A DNA stretch of 63,066 nt, the filler included, from Nemertoderma westbladi (Eukaryota > Animalia > Xenacoelomorpha): NCBI GenBank assembly GCA_032718475.1. It is 3 parts of 3 records of this genome, joined end to end, with 100 filler letters (N's around TTAATTAATTAA, not from the genome) between each part and the next. Parts side by side here need not be neighbours in the genome. Positions count along the whole stretch, not along the records: positions 1 to 26,269 come from JAUCBJ010001437.1; positions 26,370 to 56,425 come from JAUCBJ010002441.1; 1 more part is not named here. One strand, written 5' to 3'. Shown here one piece after another: positions 23,377 through 35,400 of this stretch. Numbering within the stretch: the stretch's first letter is position 1; each line of letters starts with the position of its first letter. The position numbers and the translations under genes are program-made. The notes below the pieces were generated by a model. It searched no databases. It saw nothing but the letters and a program-made list of their open reading frames with translations, and was not told the DNA's origin.

Positions 23377-24644
23377 CTACATCATCGATAACTTATAGTT
23401 CTTGGACGTCTCGCCCCCATAGACTAGTCCTTTAGTTCCTTGATCCATCGCTAGAGGGTTAACGTCTCCGTTAGCTAATACAGCCGACACGATAATATCA
23501 GAAAACATCCAGGTATCTTCCCCTTTGTGTGTTACTTCGATACGTCCGATGTCCTGGAAAGGAATACAAATTAATGTGTAAATGTAACGTGACAGTGTTG
23601 TTTGTGCTACATTATTCGACTAAGTACACCGGTACCGGAGTAGGAGGTATCAGGTACTACCGAAGTATACGATGGACCAAATGGGACGAGGGCTCGAATA
23701 GGTGGAATTTATATTATTACTAATTAAGGAAGGAGCAGTTTACAGTGGCATGTTATTCTAACCAAAACAATAAGCGAAAGTCAATATCACAAGTTGCAGT
23801 TAGATTTTTGATGGGACGAAGTGAAATAATTAGGTAGTACATATTGGCTGTGTTGCCTTATGGTAGTAGCAGTTGCTTAGGCGTTTAATACTACGGCAGT
23901 ACCTGATGCCTAGGTTACTTTTAGGCACCAGGTACTACGATAGTATATATTCGGGGTAGTATTATATACACCGGGAGTAAACAGGCACTCAGACAGACAT
24001 AGAACGTCGGCTCAGTATGGCACCTTGGTTTAATATTGGCTGCTCGACGTTTTGTTTTGTTTTTTATTAATTTCATTTTAATATTTTGCTATTGATGCTA
24101 ATTGTTTAATATTTATTGCCTTGGTATTGTCAGCTGGTGATGAAATATTGAATTTATAATTTGTTATTATTTATCTTTTATTAATAACTGTGAGACCAAG
24201 TTGGTAATAAACAGACCGATAGTAAATAGACACATTGTAAACATAAATATACCGATAGGAAACAGACAGTAATAGTAACGTACCTGCATTCTAAGTGGAA
24301 CATCCACGTCAACCAACCAGCTGTCCCATTCTCCTCTCTGATACGGAGTATCGCCGTGAGAGGGAGCATCCAGCGCTACTTCCGTGCTGCTCCCCTCCTC
24401 CCCCTTCAAGGTCACCCGGAGCGACGCGCTTTCTTTACTCTGGGACCCGGGGTCCTTGTGGGTGCGAGCCATAACGTACAGAGAGTCGATGGGAGAGGCG
24501 CAGTTACATTTGAAGGCGCTGCTAACAGCCACCAACGACATCAATAACCTGCATAATTATTGAAACTACAATATTCTAGAAGATAAAGTCTAAACAGAAA
24601 ACTGGAACTATCGTTAGTTACTATGGTTACTGACTGCTATACAT
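23377..24644 (-). CDS. Small, probably secreted single PLAT/LH2-like domain protein (~150 aa)
   Basis: Exons 24548-24284 and 23553-23377 (phase 0, GT-AG) encode LRVTLKGEEGSS..PYQRGEWDSW..DIGRIEVTHKGEDTWMFSDIIV. A tentative first micro-exon 24644-24631 gives signal MYSSQLLMSLVAVSSA; otherwise the start is ATG at 24541. Confidence 0.65.
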
Positions 24645-25213
24645 CGATATTATTTATTATTTTTTTATTTAATTATCTGTCATCATTTAGTAATTTAGTG
24701 GTATAGTAAGATATTACTGAGATTTCTAGTAGTACCTTTAATAGTTATTACTCATATACTCAACTAATATTTAATATAAAGTTTTCTGTAAATTTATTAT
24801 ATTATTTGTAACTGTTTTTAAACACCAATTTTGTGTTTAATTTTGCAGAAATTCGTATTTGTTTCATATCATTTAATGTTACTTTTGTAATTCCACACAG
24901 CTTCTATTACCTGCATGGGCTGTATGGATTGATTTTTTAGTTTCAGAGAATATCTAAAGCAACAGTGCAACTGATTGTATTTCGATTATTTTCATAACAT
25001 TTAAATTTCCCGCGTTCACGGTAACATAGTACTTACTGCAGTGAACATCATTACCGGTAGTTAATAATGGCGTTTCTATCGCACAAAGGCTGAAACGACC
25101 TCACTTACTGTCCGACTCATCGCTCATAACGCTACTCTAACCCCATATTAAATCTATTGACTCAAAACAAATAAACATTTCACAGATTACAAATTAATTA
25201 ATTGAATTATTGA

Positions 25214-26224
25214 ATGGCCACAACGACGCTTCTCCGATCTGGAGCCTCGATTCCGTTGGTGGGACTCGGTACGTGGCTGAGTTCCCCCCGGGAGGTTGGC
25301 AAGGCAATCCGAGCGGCTGTGGTGGCGGGGTACCGCCACATAGACTGCGCGCACATGTACGGGAACGAGAGAGAGATAGGCCACGCCCTCGGGGACCTGC
25401 TGCGGGACCCGGGAGTCGGGATCACCAGGGGCGAGCTGTTCGTAACATCGAAACTCTGGAACACCCACCATCAACCTGTCGACGTTAGGACTTACTGTAA
25501 AGAGAGCATCGCCAACTTACAATGCGACTACGTAGATCTATACCTAATGCATTGGCCTTATGGGTATAAACGAGGTGGTTCTTTATTCCCTAGAACTCCG
25601 GAAGGATTCGTTGTGGGAGACGAAATCGACTACTTGGAGACTTACAAAGCGATGGAGGAATTAGTAGATGAAGGTCTTTGTAAACACATAGGAGTCAGTA
25701 ACTTCAATATACAACAATTAAAACGGCTTGTGGATAATTCTAGAATACTCCCAAGCGCTTTGCAGGTGGAATGCCATCCCTACCTCGACCAAACAGAGTT
25801 GATCGCTTACTGTCGGTCCCAAGGTATCGTGCTAGAGGCGTACTCGCCGCTGGGTAGCCCAGAGAGTCCCTGGGCCGAGGTCTGTGGCAAACAGCTAACC
25901 CCGTTGCTGAACCACCCTGAGTTGGAGAAGATAGCCGGAAAGTTAGGCAGGACCGTCGCTCAGGTTCTCATAAGGTTCCATGTACAGCGTGGGGTCGTTA
26001 CCCTACCAAAGTCTGTTCTAACGGAACAACTAACTGAGAATATTAACGTGTTCGATTTTAGTATCGAAGGCGACGATATGGCAGTGATAATCGGCCTGAA
26101 TCGCAACCGACGGTATATTGTACCGCTTCTAGATAGAGGGGAGGGAGGCATTGTTCTAAAGGACATTGACCACAGACATTATCCCTTCAAGAACGACGGT
26201 ACCAAGCCAGCAGCTGTAAACTAA
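25214..26224 (+). CDS. Aldo-keto reductase (AKR1-like), intronless, 336 aa
   Basis: IPLVGLGTW, GYRHIDCAHMY (catalytic D,Y), FVTSKLW (K), DLYLMHWP (H), IGVSNF, QVECHPY, AYSPLGS, LPKS; catalytic tetrad intact. Confidence 0.97.
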   Translation: MATTTLLRSGASIPLVGLGTWLSSPREVGKAIRAAVVAGYRHIDCAHMYGNEREIGHALGDLLRDPGVGITRGELFVTSKLWNTHHQPVDVRTYCKESIANLQCDYVDLYLMHWPYGYKRGGSLFPRTPEGFVVGDEIDYLETYKAMEELVDEGLCKHIGVSNFNIQQLKRLVDNSRILPSALQVECHPYLDQTELIAYCRSQGIVLEAYSPLGSPESPWAEVCGKQLTPLLNHPELEKIAGKLGRTVAQVLIRFHVQRGVVTLPKSVLTEQLTENINVFDFSIEGDDMAVIIGLNRNRRYIVPLLDRGEGGIVLKDIDHRHYPFKNDGTKPAAVN

Positions 26225-26269
26225 TCCGTAAACACCCAGTTAAACAGTACACCCCAGAACAGTTAACAG

Positions 26270-26369
26270 NNNNNNNNNNNNNNNNNNNNNNNNNNNNNNN
26301 NNNNNNNNNNNNNTTAATTAATTAANNNNNNNNNNNNNNNNNNNNNNNNNNNNNNNNNNNNNNNNNNNN
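26270..26369. other. Artificial contig linker
   Basis: 44 N + TTAATTAATTAA + 44 N = 100 bp, with stops in all six frames. Confidence 0.97.
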
Positions 26370-26489
26370 ACACACACACCCTACCGCCACACTCCACCAC
26401 CCACCCCCTGCAGTCCATTCACCCACACCCCCCCCCCAACCTGATACTCATACATCACAAGATTATCTATATTATTTTTTTCTCTTTAG

Positions 26490-29400
26490 TAAAATCTCAT
26501 CACGCTTCTAAGTTGATATCTCAGGATGAGCTGCAAAACGTTATAGACTTTCTGAGCGGAACCTACGTGGCGCCGGTAACGCCCCCAGCGGGAACACCAG
26601 AGATTCGATGTCAGGGTGTTATTGGGGAAGAGGAGACGCCTAGTGAATACTCAGAAAAAGTTAGTGAAATAAACAAAAGTTAGTGAAATAAACAAAAGTT
26701 AGTAAAATAAACGAAGGCCGTAAAGTAATGACCTAAATACTCGAAGAGAGAGAGTCACACTAAACTATAATACAGACGAACAATCGGAGCAGGCCTACTA
26801 ACTGTGGGGCGAGCCACGAAGTGAGTGAGCCTTAGCGTAGTGGTACCATTAATCAACCTGTCGTTCTGTCGTTCGCGTTCAATTTTAAACGTTAATAACT
26901 CGGCCAATCTTTGATGAAATCTATCCAAACTTGGTACACATGTTGTTTGGCAAAAGTTTAGAAATTTTCCAAGTAGAATTTCCGTGTGGCCTTCGAGAAG
27001 CTAAGATAATAGCAGTTAATTAGTTAATTAAGTTGATTACGGTGAAAACACCATTTTCAACCTGCCTTTTAAAGGAAATTAATTGTTTTACAGTATAAGA
27101 TTTAAATAATTATACTTAAAAATTATACAGATGTAATCCACATACGCCATTCTATTATAGTTTTTAATTAGTTCAAGTGATTTGCTTTAATAAATGTGTC
27201 TTTAATTGATCTAAACGTAATTAAACGGCACAATTATTGAGTACAAATTTAATCCTTCCCATTATTGGTCAAGTCTCTGCTGGTGTGGAGCTAGCTAGCT
27301 GGGAGTTGTGGCTGTAGACTAACCAGAGAGGAATTGTAATAGGCAACCAGTATTGCTATTCCAGCCCAGACAGCATTCTTTAAATCCAACATCCCAACAT
27401 CCTTCCTGTATTCCAATTCCTATTGACTCTACTATAAGTGTTGTATTATTATCACTATCACTGAATTGTGTTTATTATAGGCTGGACGGGCCGCATAACC
27501 GTTCGACTACTACTACTATTGCTATCTCAGGTAAATGACAGATATAATAACATAAATACAATCCATGGCATGGCTGTTGTAGGCTTCTGAAATAGTTTAT
27601 TCCACAATGTATATGTCTGGTTATTTTTTAATTGAATTTTTGCAAAGTAGTAAAATTAATGTTCTTAAAAATAATATTATTATTTTATATGTAACCTAGG
27701 AAATTAGCTACATTTTTTCGCTGCAGCTTTAAGAGTGTACATTGATTTAATATTATTTCAATACCCATATTACTACATCGGCATAAGATGCGTTGGCGTT
27801 GTATCACACATCTCCACATATCACACATCTCCACATAGATGTATCAACAGTTACTCGCACAGTTTCGAAACTTCGCATAGTTATAACTGTATAAAGATCG
27901 TCAGTCTGCGTTTAGGAAAAATATTTTATGACAAAACAGGACAAGCGACGAGCGCAACGAGGCATATAATGAAGACGAGTACTGCGTTGACTAAATTATT
28001 ATATAAACCACCTGGCTTCACATATTGATCGCATCCCTAGTTATTATTATTATAAAGATCGTCCTAGCCTGCGTTTAAGAAATATATTTAAATACAAAAC
28101 AGGACGAACGCAACGAGGCTTATAATGAAAACGAGTACTGCGTTTATTATATTCCTATAAACCACCTGGCTTTGCATATTGAACGTGCGATTGGAAATAA
28201 GTTCGTGCTACCCTTCCGTGGGTGGTAGATGTCGCGGTTATGTATTGGTGGTTGGGAAGGGTGGGGGGGGGGGGGAGATTAAAAGGGGTGAACACGTACT
28301 GTCCCCCTTTCTTTGATTGATTGGTGGTGTGGGTAAATTTCTCAAAACCTGATTTTGTGATACAGTCGCTCAATTTTAATTTGTATCTCATAACTGGGCC
28401 TCGTGCTGCGCGAAGGCCCCACGAACGTGTAGACTACTACACTGCAGTACTACAACTAACTAACAGTGAGTTGTTAGTCTTTCTGAGACTTGTTTACATA
28501 CTAAATCTGGTGAAAGCATGAAAGTTCTTTGATGAATATGAGTTTTCCAGTAGCAATATTATTCCTGATAACTAAAGTACGTGAACTAACTACATATTTT
28601 GATTCTTGATATTTTTTTGTTTATGATATTGAAGGTTGGTTATGATATAACCCGAACTAATTCCTGGCCGATAACTCGGAACAACGATTGTAAAGAATGC
28701 CGGAATCTACCTGTAAGCGGATTCTCGCGAGGGTTTCCGGACAGTCAGATATTCCCGAGGTAAGAGAAACAACGCCGCCCGGTATCGTGAGGAATAACAT
28801 CAAAAATTTTATTTTTTTTATTAATTTTTTTTATTAAGTGTATTATAGCGCTTATTTCTGTCTTATAACCTATACATATACTAATTCGTTTATTGTTTTG
28901 ATTAGATTCAGCCCTTCTGTAAAATGGGTTTTTACTGAAAACCTGCTATTATTTACAAGGGGGTAAATTGCAAATTGAAATTTAACAGCATAAAGTTTGG
29001 TATACTTCACATTGGTACACTTCCAACAATCGACCAGATATACAGATATTATTATACCCAAGGTAAGGGAAACAACCCGACACCATAGAACTGATATTAT
29101 ACCCAAGGTAAGGGAAACAACCCGACACCATAGAACTGATATTATACCCAAGGTAAGGGAAACAACCCGACACCATAGAACTGATATTATACCCAAGGTA
29201 AGGGAAACAACCCGACACCATAGAACTGATATTATACCCAAGGTAAGGGAAACAACCCGACACCATAGAACTGATATTATACCCAAGGTAAGGGAAACAA
29301 CCCGACACCATAGAACTGATATTATACCCAAGGTAAGGGAAACAACCCGACACCATAGAACTGATATTATACCCAAGGTAAGGGAAACAACCCGACACCA

Positions 29401-32400
29401 TAGAACTGATATTATACCCAAGGTAAGGGAAACAACCCGACACCATAGAACTGATATTATACCCAAGGTAAGGGAAACAACCCGACACCATAGAACTGAT
29501 ATTATACCCAAGGTAAGGGAAACAACCCGACACCATAGAACTGATATTATACCCAAGGTAAGGGAAACAACCCGACACCATAGAACTGATATTATACCCA
29601 AGGTAAGGGAAACAACCCGACACCATAGAACTGATATTATACCCAAGGTAAGGGAAACAACCCGACACCATAGAACTGATATTATACCCAAGGTAAGGGA
29701 AACAACCCGACACCATAGAACTGATATTATACCCAAGGTAAGGGAAACAACCCGACACCATAGAACTGATATTATACCCAAGGTAAGGGAAACAACCCGA
29801 CACCATAGAACTGATATTATACCCAAGGTAAGGGAAACAACCCGACACCATAGAACTGATATTATACCCAAGGTAAGGGAAACAACCCGACACCATAGAA
29901 CTGATATTATACCCAAGGTAAGGGAAACAACCCGACACCATAGAACTGATATTATACCCAAGGTAAGGGAAACAACCCGACACCATAGAACTGATATTAT
30001 ACCCAAGGTAAGGGAAACAACCCGACACCATAGAACTGATATTATACCCAAGGTAAGGGAAACAACCCGACACCATAGAACTGATATTATACCCAAGGTA
30101 AGGGAAACAACCCGACACCATAGAACTGATATTATACCCAAGGTAAGGGAAACAACCCGACACCATAGAACTGATATTATACCCAAGGTAAGGGAAACAA
30201 CCCGACACCATAGAACTGATATTATACCCAAGGTAAGGGAAACAACCCGACACCATAGAACTGATATTATACCCAAGGTAAGGGAAACAACCCGACACCA
30301 TAGAACTGATATTATACCCAAGGTAAGGGAAACAACCCGACACCATAGAACTGATATTATACCCAAGGTAAGGGAAACAACCCGACACCATAGAACTGAT
30401 ATTATACCCAAGGTAAGGGAAACAACCCGACACCATAGAACTGATATTATACCCAAGGTAAGGGAAACAACCCGACACCATCGAACTGATATTATACCCA
30501 AGGTAAGGGAAACAACCCGACACCATAGAACTGATATTATACCCAAGGTAAGGGAAACAACCCGACACCATCGAACTGATATTATACCCAAGGTAAGGGA
30601 AACAACCCGACACCATAGAACTGATATTATACCCAAGGTAAGGGAAACAACCCGACACCATAGAACTGATATTATACCCAAGGTAAGGGAAACAACCCGA
30701 CACCATAGAACTGATATTATACCCAAGGTAAGGGAAACAACCCGACACCATAGAACTGATATTATACCCAAGGTAAGGGAAACAACCCGACACCATAGAA
30801 CTGATATTATACCCAAGGTAAGGGAAACAACCCGACACCATAGAACTGATATTATACCCAAGGTAAGGGAAACAACCCGACACCATAGAACTGATATTAT
30901 ACCCAAGGTAAGGGAAACAACCCGACACCATAGAACTGATATTATACCCAAGGTAAGGGAAACAACCCGACACCATAGAACTGATATTATACCCAAGGTA
31001 AGGGAAACAACCCGACACCATAGAACTGATATTATACCCAAGGTAAGGGAAACAACCCGACACCATAGAACTGATATTATACCCAAGGTAAGGGAAACAA
31101 CCCGACACCATAGAACTGATATTATACCCAAGGTAAGGGAAACAACCCGACACCATAGAACTGATATTATACCCAAGGTAAGGGAAACAACCCGACACCA
31201 TCGAACTGATATTATACCCAAGGTAAGGGAAACAACCCGACACCATAGAACTGATATTATACCCAAGGTAAGGGAAACAACCCGACACCATAGAACTGAT
31301 ATTATACCCAAGGTAAGGGAAACAACCCGACACCATAGAACTGATATTATACCCAAGGTAAGGGAAACAACCCGACACCATAGAACTGATATTATACCCA
31401 AGGTAAGGGAAACAACCCGACACCATAGAACTGATATTATACCCAAGGTAAGGGAAACAACCCGACACCATAGAACTGATATTATACCCAAGGTAAGGGA
31501 AACAACCCGACACCATAGAACTGATATTATACCCAAGGTAAGGGAAACAACCCGACACCATAGAACTGATATTATACCCAAGGTAAGGGAAACAACCCGA
31601 CACCATAGAACTGATATTATACCCAAGGTAAGGGAAACAACCCGACACCATAGAACTGATATTATACCCAAGGTAAGGGAAACAACCCGACACCATAGAA
31701 CTGATATTATACCCAAGGTAAGGGAAACAACCCGACACCATAGAACTGATATTATACCCAAGGTAAGGGAAACAACCCGACACCATAGAACTGATATTAT
31801 ACCCAAGGTAAGGGAAACAACCCGACACCATAGAACTGATATTATACCCAAGGTAAGGGAAACAACCCGACACCATAGAACTGATATTATACCCAAGGTA
31901 AGGGAAACAACCCGACACCATAGAACTGATATTATACCCAAGGTAAGGGAAACAACCCGACACCATAGAACTGATATTATACCCAAGGTAAGGGAAACAA
32001 CCCGACACCATAGAACTGATATTATACCCAAGGTAAGGGAAACAACCCGACACCATAGAACTTCGCAGTCAATCAATATTATTATCCTATTTGGCATTAA
32101 AGTCACTTTATATTATATTATATATATTTATATTATATTTATATATCACTAATTATCACTTTTCAGGGCATTCGGTGGCAGCGCCCTCACCTCGTCCCCA
32201 TGGCAACCCCGACACCCGGTCCAGTCTGCCAACACCCTGGGGATCCCTCGCCGCGGCTGGCCAGGTAAACCCTCGTCCGGAGGCGGATCCTGCGAGTCGA
32301 TGACGTCATCTTTCGGGTCGGGACCCATCGATACCGGCTCCTCCAGCGACGAGAGCTGCAAATCGGATAACGAGGAAGGCGTTAACAACTTCCTACCGGT

Positions 32401-35400
32401 AGATGGCGCTAATAATTTTCTACTCGGTCTCGGATTGGCCGGCGGCGAACTCATGTCCTCCCTACATCATCGTCGTCATAGCGACGATGGAGGGGCCGCC
32501 TCGATGCTTCGCGAGTCGCCTAGCAACCACACATGGCCCCCCACTTCGCCTTGGGCCTCCCGTGCCGGATCGGCCAATCTCTCCCCCGGCCTGTCCCCCA
32601 GCCCCATGGGATTCCAGTCCCCGAGTCCCGTGGCCTTCCAATCTCCCAGTCCCATGGGCTTCCAGTCCCCTAGTCCGATGGGCGGAAACACCCCCAGTCC
32701 CGTGCCCCCGACCTCCTACCCCCACCATGTCGGTTCCTCTCTCTCGTTCCAGAGTCCTAGCGGGCCGGAATGGCACTCCAACCCAGACACCACTCAGCAG
32801 ACTCCTCCCACATCCGGCGACCTACAGCCAAGCACATCTGGTGAGTGAATGTGGGTAGTTCCATATAAGTATAGTTGACTTCCTGGGACTGGTTGAGGGG
32901 CTCCTCCTTCACACTATCATTACACGAACTATCATTGACTACCTGGGACTGGTTGAGGGGCTCCTCCCTCACACTATCATTACACGAACTATCATTGACT
33001 ACCTGGGACTGGTTGAGGGGCTCCTCCTTCACACTATCATTACACGAACTATCATTGACTACCTGGGACTGTTTGAGGGGCTCCTCCTTCACACTATCAT
33101 TACACGAACTATCATTGACTACCTGGGACTGGTTGAGGGGCTCCTCCTTCACACTATTTTTACACGAACTATCATTGACTACCTGGGACTGGTTGAGGGG
33201 CTCCTCCTCCACACTATCATTACACGAACTATCATTGACTACCTGGGACTGGTTGAGGGGCTCCTCCCTCACACTATCATTACACGAACTATCATTGACT
33301 ACCTGGGACTGGTTGAGGGGCTCCTCCTTCACACTATCATTACACGAACTATCATTGACTACCTGGGACTGGTTGAGGTACTCCTCCTCCACACTATCAT
33401 TACACGAACTATCATTGACTACCTGGGACTGGTTGAGGGGCTCCTCCTTCACACTATCATTACACGAACTATCATTGACTACCTGGGACTGGTTGAGGGG
33501 CTCCTCCCTCACACTGTCATTACACGAACTATCATTGACTACCTGGGACTGGTTGAAGGGCTCCTCCTTCACACTATCATTACACGAACTATCATTGACT
33601 ACCTGGGACTGGTTGAGGGGCTCCTCCTTTACACTATCATTACACGAACTATCATTGATTACCTTGGACTGGTTGACGGGCTCCTACTTCACACTATTAT
33701 TACACGAACTATCAATGACTACCTGGGACTGGTTGAGGGGCTCCTCCTTCACACTATCATTACACGAACTATCATTGACTACCTGGGACTGGTTGACGGG
33801 CTCCTACTTCACACTATTATTACACGAACTGTCAATGACTACCTGGGACTGGTTGAGGGGCTCCTCCTTCACACTATCATTACACGAACTATCATTGACT
33901 ACCTTGAACTGGTTGAGGGGCTCCTCCTTCACACTATCATTACACGAACTATCATTGACTACCTGGGACTGGTTGAGGGGCTCCTCCTTCACACTATCAT
34001 TACACGAACTATCATTGACTACCTCGGACTGGTTGAGGGGCACCTCCCTCACACTATCATTACACGAACTATCATTGACTACCTGGGACTGGTTGAGGGG
34101 CTCCTCCTTCACACTATCATTACACGAGCTATCATTGACTACCTGGGACTGGTTGAGGGGCTCCTCCTTCACACTATCATTACACGAACTATCATTGACT
34201 ACCTGGGACTGTTTGAGGGGCTCCTCCTTCACACTATCATTACACGAACTATCATTGACTACCTCGGACTGGTTGAGGGGCTCATCCTTCACACTATCAT
34301 TACACGAACTATCATTGACTACCTGGGACTGTTTGAGGGGCTCCTCCTTCACACTATCATTACACGAACTATCATTGACTACCTGGGACTGGTTGAGGGT
34401 CTCCTCCTTCACACTATCATTACACGAACTATCATTGACTACATGGGACTGTTTGAGGGGCTCCTCCTTCACACTATCATTACACGAACTATCATTGACT
34501 ACCTCGGACTGGTTGAGGGGCTCATCCTTCACACTATCATTACACGAACTATCATTGACTACCTGGGACTGTTTGAGGGGCTCCTCCTTCACACTATCAT
34601 TACACGAACTATCATTGACTACCTGGGTCTGGTTGAGGGGCTCCTACTTCACACTATTATTACACGAACTATCATTGACTACCTGGGACTGGTTGAGGGG
34701 CTCCTCCTTCACACTATTATTACACGAACTATCATTGACTACCTGGGACTGTTTGAGGGGCTCCTCCTTCACACTATCATTACACGAACTATCATTGACT
34801 ACCTGGGACTGGTAGAGGGGCTCCTCCTTCACATTATTATTACACGAACTATCATTGACTACCTGGGACTGGTTGAGGGGCTCCTCCCCCACACTATCAT
34901 TACACGAACTATCATTGACTACCTGGGACTGTTTGAGGGGCTCCTCCTTCACACTATTATTACACGAACTATCATTGACTACCTGGGACTGTTTGAGGGG
35001 CTCCTCCTTCACACTATCATTACACGAACTATCATTGACTACCTGGGACTGGTTGAGGGGCTCCTCCTTCACACTATCATTACACGAACTATCATTGATT
35101 ACCTGGGACTGGTTGAGGGGCTCCTACTTCACACTATTATTACACGAACTATCATTGACTACCTGGGACTGGTTGAGGGGCTCCTCCTTCACACTATTAT
35201 TACACGAACTATCATTGACTACCTGGGACTGGTTGAGGGGCTCCTCCTTCACACTATTATTACACGAACTATCATTGACTACCTGGGACTGGTTGAGGGG
35301 CTCCTCCTTCACACTATTATTACACGAACTATCAATGACTACCTGGGACTGGTTGAGGGGCTCCTACTTCACACTATTATTACACGAACTATCATTGACT

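Noticed and set aside
26314-26325. TTAATTAATTAA motif (also 56470-56481)
   Set aside because: Centred in identical 100-bp N blocks, so it is an artificial linker. Adjacency across the gaps is unproven.
28870-32152. Three >1000-aa repeat ORFs
   Set aside because: The 45-bp unit is stop-free in several frames on both strands and lies inside a phase-consistent intron, with no unique domains.
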